Assembly: GCA_022841445.1 (NCBI GenBank)
Contig: JALHRM010000001.1
Coordinates: forward strand, 13,002-77,001
Direction: 5' to 3'
Source of the DNA: Candidatus Saccharimonadota bacterium
Lineage (GTDB): Bacteria > Patescibacteriota > Saccharimonadia > Saccharimonadales > UBA10212
Length of the DNA: 64,000 nt
Of this stretch, positions 43,138 through 49,548 are shown in pieces. Under the pieces are notes generated by a model, which was not told where the DNA came from, did not search any database, and was given only the letters and a program-made list of their open reading frames with translations. Position 1 is the stretch's first letter, and the number at the start of each line of letters is the position of its first letter. Position numbers and translations under genes: made by a program.

Positions 43138-43260
43138 AACATCTTTCTGTACGTTGAATTCAACTTAGTATAACGTAAATTGATTTTCGACCATTGATCA
43201 CAGTTTTTGTTAAGTATTTACCTTTTAGGGTATAGAGACTATAATTTTCATCTGTTACAT

Positions 43261-43338
43261 GGCGAATGTAGCTCAGTTGGTTAGAGCGTCGGGTTGTGGT
43301 TCCGAAGGTCGTGGGTTCGATCCCCATCATTCGCCCCA
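43261..43338 (+). tRNA. tRNA-His (anticodon GTG), G-1 and CCA encoded
   Basis: 78 nt, with an extra 5' G pairing with C73. Anticodon arm TCGGG-TTGTGGT-TCCGA and T arm GTGGG-TTCGATC-CCCAT. Confidence 0.9.
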
Positions 43339-43393
43339 AATTATTTTGCTACAAAAATAAGAGGCTTAGCAGCCTTTTTGCTATATTAAAGCC

Positions 43394-43837
43394 ATGAAGA
43401 CTCATACGGAAAACTTTACCGAGCGCCAGCTTTTGTTTAAAGAACTCTTTGTCGGAACGCTCATTTACGCAGTTGTACTTGGATTTTTCAATGACTACAC
43501 ATCAATGGTTGATGCAGTAAGTTTTTCAACGATTCTGTTTGCGGCATTCGTACTGGAGCTACTGACATATATGGCATTTCGTATTAAAAACAGTATCGTC
43601 GCACGCTTGAAGCAACCTAAAGGAATTGGCTATAAACTATCAATGATCTTCTGCATATGGCTGGTGATGTTTTTGTCAAAATTTGTTTTCGTGTGGGTAA
43701 TAGACTTCGTATTTAGAGGGAATATTACTATATCCGGATTTTTTGCAACATTACTTCTCGTAGTGTCTGTAACGGTCACTCATAAACTCGCCGACATACT
43801 GTTTGTTAAGCTTGGGCAAAGCAACCCTGCAGCTTAA
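43394..43837 (+). CDS. Hypothetical 4-TM membrane protein
   Basis: 147-aa ORF with four hydrophobic segments and no known motif. Confidence 0.45.
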   Translation: MKTHTENFTERQLLFKELFVGTLIYAVVLGFFNDYTSMVDAVSFSTILFAAFVLELLTYMAFRIKNSIVARLKQPKGIGYKLSMIFCIWLVMFLSKFVFVWVIDFVFRGNITISGFFATLLLVVSVTVTHKLADILFVKLGQSNPAA

Positions 43838-43863
43838 CTCACATATTTTGTTACTATTTGACT

Positions 43864-44286
43864 ATGGATCAAAAAACGATACGCGTTGGGGTGGGTTTAT
43901 TGATTATAAAAAATGGGATGATACTACTCGGCAAACGTAAAGGTAGCCACGGCGCTGGAGAATACGGTGGTCCTGGTGGACATGCCGAATATGGTGAGAC
44001 ACTTGAAGAAACAGCACTGCGGGAAATAGCCGAAGAGTGCGGCATTCAAATTAAAAATTTACGATTTTTGTGCATTACCGACCTACTGCGATATATGCCA
44101 AGACACTACTTGGATATAGGCTTTACAGCAGAATGGACATCCGGGGAACCAAAAACACTAGAACCAAGCAAGCTTGAGGGATGGGGCTGGTATGATATTG
44201 ATGCTCCGCCCGATCCGCTGTTTGGCTGCACCCAGGAATACATAAAATCATATAAGACTGGTCAAAAGCACTTTATTCTTCGTTAG
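43864..44286 (+). CDS. NUDIX hydrolase (MutT-like)
   Basis: Nudix box GGPGGHAEYGETLEETALREIAEECGI. Confidence 0.75.
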   Translation: MDQKTIRVGVGLLIIKNGMILLGKRKGSHGAGEYGGPGGHAEYGETLEETALREIAEECGIQIKNLRFLCITDLLRYMPRHYLDIGFTAEWTSGEPKTLEPSKLEGWGWYDIDAPPDPLFGCTQEYIKSYKTGQKHFILR

Positions 44287-44380
44287 TAATTGCCTATAAT
44301 TCACTTTTCTGCGGTTTTAACAACAGTTTCGTTCTAATAATTTTGCTATAGTAATCCTAACGTTATTGGAGCACTGCTTG

Positions 44381-45844
44381 ATGTTTACGTTTGTCCGAAG
44401 CAACAGATTACTATTCATGACAATTGTCGCAGCATTAGTGGCAGGAGTCGGCTATGGACTTTCAGGTAAATACTCCTGGTTAAAAACTGCTGCGAACGTA
44501 CTCATCATATTGCAGGTGGTGGTCGTTGCATCACTAATTGTATGGCGAATAATCGATGTTGTAAGATTCGGTGCACGAGGAGTGGATATTACTAGCGTTG
44601 GTGCAATTTTGGTTGCTTTATGGGCACAGAGTTATTGGGTGGCTATAGCTGTATGCCTGGTGCATCTTTTCATATTCGCTGTCCGTTCTTTTGTGGATGC
44701 ACGAGTAAATAGAATAGCCAATCTACCAGGTTCCAAACTCAGTGGCAGCGCGATTGTGCTTCGCGGACGAAAACAAGTAGTCACGACTATAGAAAAACTT
44801 AGTAAGGGTGACAAAATTCTAGTAGAAATAAATTCGATACTACCAGTTGATGGAATCCTGCTGGAAGACAACGCAAAAGTGGATGAATCATGGCTCAATG
44901 GAAAAACTTCTGTTGCTAAATCAAAACATGACACGGTCTATGCTGGGTCAATCAATCGGGCTAGTGCTCTTACGATAAAAGCCCTGTCGTCCAGTTCTGG
45001 TAGTCTGGCCAGTAGCCTCGTTCAAACTCTCAAATCTAGCAGATTCACTGCATCATCATTCTTCAATACAGCAGAATTATTTTCACTTGCCTACACGCTT
45101 ATTGTGATAGTTTTTGCCACAGGTGCGTTTGTTCGCGGCGACAAAGCAGAGCTGCTAGCAACGCTCATCGCGGCAACCCCACTCGTTTTTATCGTTACTC
45201 CAAAATGGTTTTTTGCTATAGCAATGAATAAGGCAAGTAGGCAAGGAATATTTTTTAAGTCGAATCGAAGCGTCGAGCTTGCTAGCGTAATGAAAAATAT
45301 ACTAGTAAGCGACACATTTATCACTTATCTTGGCAAAAAAGTTGATGAAACAATACGTAGCTTAAAAATGTATGTCGACAGTATATCCATACTTGGTGGC
45401 AGTTCCAAAGTGAAAAAAAGTGAACATTTAGAAATCATAAACACTAAAAATCTTTCAGAAAAAATTATTGCAATAGAAAATGCACCAACCAATAGCAGTG
45501 TGCTGTCGCTAAGCCCTGAGAGCGAGCATTCACTTCTCCAAGCCTCGGATCTGGGAATCCAACTAGGTAGTTCACAATATGGTTTAGCCGAGGCTGCGGA
45601 TGTCTACATACTTAGCAATGATTCTACAAAAGTCATTATGATGAAAGCTATTGCCAAAAACTCATTACGTAGTTGCCAGACGGCTCTATTTGCCGTCAGT
45701 ATTATGTCTATTGGCGTCATGATTGGCGCCGCATTTGGTTACATCAATCCGTGGTACGCGCTCATCGCTAGTTCCGTGATATACCTACTAATGTTCAGCT
45801 TTGTGCTGTTTACTAGCAGTCGGAGTCTAAATAAGAATTTCTAG
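44381..45844 (+). CDS. Truncated, catalytically degenerate P-type (P1B-like) ATPase homolog
   Basis: An A-domain-like segment (..GDKILVEINSILPVDGILLEDNAKVDESWLNGKTSVAKSKHDTVYAGSIN..) has NGKT in place of TGES. ATP replaces the CPC motif, and DTFIT replaces DKTGT. There is no N-domain, and SPESEH replaces GDGxND. GGAG lies 9 nt upstream of ATG 44381. Confidence 0.55.
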   Translation: MFTFVRSNRLLFMTIVAALVAGVGYGLSGKYSWLKTAANVLIILQVVVVASLIVWRIIDVVRFGARGVDITSVGAILVALWAQSYWVAIAVCLVHLFIFAVRSFVDARVNRIANLPGSKLSGSAIVLRGRKQVVTTIEKLSKGDKILVEINSILPVDGILLEDNAKVDESWLNGKTSVAKSKHDTVYAGSINRASALTIKALSSSSGSLASSLVQTLKSSRFTASSFFNTAELFSLAYTLIVIVFATGAFVRGDKAELLATLIAATPLVFIVTPKWFFAIAMNKASRQGIFFKSNRSVELASVMKNILVSDTFITYLGKKVDETIRSLKMYVDSISILGGSSKVKKSEHLEIINTKNLSEKIIAIENAPTNSSVLSLSPESEHSLLQASDLGIQLGSSQYGLAEAADVYILSNDSTKVIMMKAIAKNSLRSCQTALFAVSIMSIGVMIGAAFGYINPWYALIASSVIYLLMFSFVLFTSSRSLNKNF

Positions 45845-46471
45845 TGATCCAAGCACAAAAAGCGGTATGACTATATTATCTAGTCCGTATGGAGATAATA
45901 ATTCAAGTGCTGTAGCGGCGGGTGGAATAACTACTAGTGCGTAGATATATGGGCTAAGATTTAATGGTGCTACTGAAAAAATCAGACCCAGCCCAATCAC
46001 CCACACTGAAACAAAACAAAACACAAATGAACCAATTAGGGTTTTTTGTTGACCGAACACTTCAAAACGCCACTTCTTGTGTACTCGTTGCCCGACCACG
46101 GCAGCAAGTCCATCAGCTAGCGCCATGTGCAGTATGGCGATAGTAAAAATTGCTTTGTTTGTTGTAAGAAGCGCACACAGCCCAACCGCGATAGCAAAAA
46201 GCTCTTCGCCATATGTTCGCCGCTTTACAAAATATATTGATCTAAGAATTTGGTATCTTCTAGTGAAGATAACGGCAATCAGAAAAGCCAAGCTGATCAA
46301 CTGAATTGTGCGCCAGCTCATCATCCACGGCCAAAATGCCACAAAAGTACCAACAGATATATGTATGGCCTTCCTGGCGCGTTCGGCACGTAGAATTTTA
46401 CGACGCCAAGCATATTCAGCCACGACAAGTATGAGCAGTATCACAAAAAGGTTAGCTGCAACCTGAATCAT
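45827..46471 (-). CDS. CTP-dependent polyprenol/dolichol kinase or CDS-family membrane protein
   Basis: RKAIHISVG.., LADGLAAVVGQR and QKTLIGSFVF motifs, as in the dolichol/phytol kinase (CTP_transf_1) family. Confidence 0.5.
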   Translation of the reverse strand: MIQVAANLFVILLILVVAEYAWRRKILRAERARKAIHISVGTFVAFWPWMMSWRTIQLISLAFLIAVIFTRRYQILRSIYFVKRRTYGEELFAIAVGLCALLTTNKAIFTIAILHMALADGLAAVVGQRVHKKWRFEVFGQQKTLIGSFVFCFVSVWVIGLGLIFSVAPLNLSPYIYALVVIPPAATALELLSPYGLDNIVIPLFVLGSLEILI

Positions 46472-46516
46472 TTAACTTTATTGTACGTTAAACATTAGTA
46501 ATTTATTAGCCTTCGC

Positions 46517-47119
46517 CTATGACACTTTGGAGCGCAGCAAGAAAGTTCCCGTAATCATAACCACTAGATGCGCCGCCGCAATGCTAAGTCCAGCAGCGTC
46601 CCATATAGCGATAAGCGGCACAGTTGCAAGCATTAGACCAAAAAACAACGTCTGGTCTTGACGGATTTTCTTTCTTCCTTTTGCATCACTCCACGATGGA
46701 AGTATCTTATTTTTATCAATATGAAACCGCTTGCCAAGATATTTCTTCCATCCAATATGCAGCAAAACCAAATCAATTATTAATGCTACCATCAGCATTG
46801 TCATAAGGGAGTAGTCTGATAATTGCGTAAAATGGTTCAGGCCGTAAACAAGAAAAACTCCAATCATGCCAAATACCACATCACTCAACGAATTTTCCAC
46901 ATCTTCAACAACTTCAACATATGCTTCCCATAGCTCATAGACAAAAAATATGATTATTGACAGTGTCGCCCCTACGACAAATCCAAATCCAAGCAATAAG
47001 CATAGTATCCCTCCGGTAATTCCAGAAAAGACATGAAGTATTGACCACGCATCGGCATACCGACCGTGGCCATACCCCCATAGAACGGCTTTTTCAGCCG
47101 GCCACTCAAAACGGAACAT
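46517..47119 (-). CDS. Hypothetical multi-TM membrane protein
   Basis: 200-aa ORF with about 5 hydrophobic helices. Confidence 0.45.
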   Translation of the reverse strand: MFRFEWPAEKAVLWGYGHGRYADAWSILHVFSGITGGILCLLLGFGFVVGATLSIIIFFVYELWEAYVEVVEDVENSLSDVVFGMIGVFLVYGLNHFTQLSDYSLMTMLMVALIIDLVLLHIGWKKYLGKRFHIDKNKILPSWSDAKGRKKIRQDQTLFFGLMLATVPLIAIWDAAGLSIAAAHLVVMITGTFLLRSKVS

Positions 47120-47171
47120 ATTACCCTAATTATACTGCAACTACAGCAAATCTAACAGACGTTACGAAGCT

Positions 47172-47651
47172 CTAGCGTTTTGGTGCTTCGCCGGCAGCGT
47201 TAGTATTAAAGTTGGCAAATTGGGCGTAATATTGCCAGGCTTGTTCTTGTGCTGCGCTCAATGTTTTTGCTTTATCCACCCACTGCTTTACTGATGTCTG
47301 ACTTATCTGCACAATTTGCCCAATTTCTAGTAATGGGCTTCCGGCCTGCTGGGTTAGCCCTGTTTCGGCGAATATGATTCTAGCATTACTAATGCTAGTC
47401 TTAGTTTCTTTACCGTATGACTGAATAGCTTTTCGGGCGAGTACACTGTAAGAATCTCCCGGCTGAGCCACATATCGATAGGTGACTTCTGCACGCGGAG
47501 CGGTACGCTGTGTAGGTTGCTGGACTTGAGGTTGAGCGGTCTGGGCGCTTGCACTGCCACTTACCAATACCATTGTCATTACTGCGAGGAGTAAAGACGT
47601 TACCATTAATAAAATGTGTGATGTGCGAATGAAACGTTTATGCTCGATCAT
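47172..47651 (-). CDS. Secreted protein with LysM-like segment
   Basis: Signal peptide (..VSGSASAQ), then YRYVAQPGDSYSVLARKAI..IGQIVQIS, which is LysM-like. An AGGAG SD is present. Confidence 0.4.
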   Translation of the reverse strand: MIEHKRFIRTSHILLMVTSLLLAVMTMVLVSGSASAQTAQPQVQQPTQRTAPRAEVTYRYVAQPGDSYSVLARKAIQSYGKETKTSISNARIIFAETGLTQQAGSPLLEIGQIVQISQTSVKQWVDKAKTLSAAQEQAWQYYAQFANFNTNAAGEAPKR

Positions 47652-47695
47652 AAAAACTCCTATTGCCCACCATTTTTTATTTAATTAACAAAAGC

Positions 47696-47724
47696 ATTAT
47701 ACCAATTGCTTGCTGCATACTCAA
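47696..47724 (-). promoter_or_regulatory. Promoter candidate on the minus strand (TTGAGT-N17-TGgTATAAT)
   Basis: The reverse complement gives TTGAGT (47724-47719), a 17-nt spacer and TATAAT (47701-47696), with an extended TG at 47704-47703. Confidence 0.55.
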
Positions 47725-47751
47725 AATTGTGATTAGCTTTCGCGCGGCAAA

Positions 47752-47853
47752 CATGGAATTTATTCCATGGATTAGCCGGCATCAGAGATTGTCAATAGCA
47801 ATCTTTGATGAATTCCAGCCAAAGGCTGGAGGAGGCAAGAAACTGCGAGTTTC
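47752..47853. promoter_or_regulatory. Cluster of four inverted repeats/hairpins in a 306-bp divergent intergenic region
   Basis: CATGGAAT-tt-ATTCCATG at 47752-47769, an 11-bp stem ATCAGAGATTG/CAATCTTTGAT at 47781-47809, CCAGCC-aaa-GGCTGG at 47815-47829, and GAAACT-gcg-AGTTTC at 47839-47853. Confidence 0.5.
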
Positions 47854-47957
47854 CAATCTACCGGTTTCATTATGACGTCAAAATAATAATCGCCTGACTT
47901 GCTATAATCGCTATTGATTGCAGTTTTATAAATTATTAACCTTACGCAAGCTACACT

Positions 47958-48764
47958 TTGATCAAAAATATTATCGACAGCACAAAAGAAACCCTCACTT
48001 CAACAAGAGATTTACTCGGCGAGAGCACGTCGTTTATTTTTAGACATAAGATCATATTGATTTACCCGATACTGGCAACAATCATTACAATCATCACACT
48101 ACCAATAATTAGCGGTTTCATTGCCGCTACGATAGCTGCTTTTATTACTTTATTTAATTTAGAAGCGAGCCGAACGGTTATTACACTTATTGCGGCGGCG
48201 TTTCTCATACTTTATGTATCCGTTGTAAGCGGAATTTTCACCTGCTTGATAGTATCTGCCGTTTCCGTACGCTTAGAACATAGGAAAACAATGTTGTTTG
48301 CCGGATTGTTTAGAGCAATCCCGAAATGGCGCAGAATAGTCCAATTTTCTGTTGCCAGCCCACTGTTCGGGATACTATACCTGCTTTCATCAAGGCCTAA
48401 AACATTCAGCGGAGCATGGACTGCGATTACTACATCATTATCAATTAATACGGCAGTTGTAGCCCCCGGAATTATAAATACTGACAGGTCGCTGATTAAC
48501 ACGCTACATGGTTCAACGACAGTACTAAGAAGAGGCTGGAAGCAGCAGCTATTATTCAAAGCGTTGATGTACATTGTTGTCATCACATTGGCGTTCGCCA
48601 GTTTTTTACCTTCTTATGTCGCTGAAAAAGCCAGCAGCATTGACCCTGCCGTCGAATCAGCCGCTAGATGGATCGTTTCGGTCACAATATGGATACTGTT
48701 ATTTGTTGCTACAAAAGTTATAAGTTCAGTTTTTACAACTGTTTTGTATCACCGGATGAAGTAA
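47958..48764 (+). CDS. Hypothetical multi-TM membrane protein
   Basis: 268-aa ORF with a TTG start and about 6 hydrophobic helices. A perfect TATAAT at 47903-47908 lies upstream. Confidence 0.45.
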   Translation: MIKNIIDSTKETLTSTRDLLGESTSFIFRHKIILIYPILATIITIITLPIISGFIAATIAAFITLFNLEASRTVITLIAAAFLILYVSVVSGIFTCLIVSAVSVRLEHRKTMLFAGLFRAIPKWRRIVQFSVASPLFGILYLLSSRPKTFSGAWTAITTSLSINTAVVAPGIINTDRSLINTLHGSTTVLRRGWKQQLLFKALMYIVVITLAFASFLPSYVAEKASSIDPAVESAARWIVSVTIWILLFVATKVISSVFTTVLYHRMK

Positions 48765-48768
48765 CAGT

Positions 48769-49548
48769 TTATAGAGTTTTTGCATAATTCACGGCGTTTT
48801 CAAAAATCGGCAAACCATGCGGCTTATCTATCATTTGTCGACGCCAATTGGGGTGTTGGTACGGAGTAACGAATCGCTCGGGGTGAGGCATCATCCCGAA
48901 AATCAATCCGCTCGGGTCACATAATCCTGCGATAGCATATAGCGAGCCATTTGGGTTTTGCGGGTATGCTTGAGTGAGTTTGCTGTTTGCAGTATATTGC
49001 AGCGTTGTCAGGTTCTGTTCTTTAATTTTCTTGAATGTATCATTATCGGCATGGAACTTACCTTCACCATGTGCAATTGGCAGACTCAGTTTTGTTCCTT
49101 CCATGCCTTTGGTGAATATACAGTGATTGCTAGTGGGAGTTAGTTCGATCCATCTACATTCAAAGTGACCGGAATCATTATTGGTAAGCGTGGCGTGCAT
49201 ATCGCCGAGACGAGAAAGAGGCAACAGTCCGGTTCGTACAAGCACCTGAAACCCATTACATATGCCGATTACCGGCTTTTTCGCTGCCACGAAACTGCTT
49301 ATCTGCTGCTTTAAAAAACTCAGTAATTCAACTGCCAATATTTTACCCGAGGCAACATCATCACCATACGAAAACCCGCCCGGTATGCCTAATATTTGAT
49401 AGTCAGATAGCTTTTTTTCGCCGCTTCTTAGCTGGTTCACATGTACATAGTCCGGCTTTGCACCTGCAAGCGAAAAAGCGAAGGCTAATTCTTCATCACA
49501 ATTAGTTCCATCGGTACGAAGTATGCAGACGCTTGCAAGATTCGGCAT
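48769..49548 (-). CDS. purQ: Phosphoribosylformylglycinamidine synthase, glutaminase subunit PurQ
   Basis: Starts MPNLASVCILRTDGTNCDEE. GGFSYGDD, the GICNGFQVL nucleophile Cys and MPHPER are present. The ATG overlaps the purL stop (TAATG), so the longer track ORF was rejected. Confidence 0.85.
   Translation of the reverse strand: MPNLASVCILRTDGTNCDEELAFAFSLAGAKPDYVHVNQLRSGEKKLSDYQILGIPGGFSYGDDVASGKILAVELLSFLKQQISSFVAAKKPVIGICNGFQVLVRTGLLPLSRLGDMHATLTNNDSGHFECRWIELTPTSNHCIFTKGMEGTKLSLPIAHGEGKFHADNDTFKKIKEQNLTTLQYTANSKLTQAYPQNPNGSLYAIAGLCDPSGLIFGMMPHPERFVTPYQHPNWRRQMIDKPHGLPIFENAVNYAKTL

Noticed and set aside
41630-43260. Calling the tRNA-flanked FabD segment a mobile element or genomic island
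   Set aside because: I found no integrase, no transposase and no direct repeat of a tRNA 3' end. Only the fabD-like gene has aberrant codon usage; the adjacent 126-aa ORF does not. I report it as a compositional anomaly rather than annotating a mobile element.
47663-47875. 70-aa plus-strand ORF inside the 306-bp divergent intergenic region
   Set aside because: It starts with a non-ATG codon and has no SD. It spans the minus-strand promoter and the four inverted repeats, and its product is Cys/Ile-rich with no motif. It is more likely non-coding.
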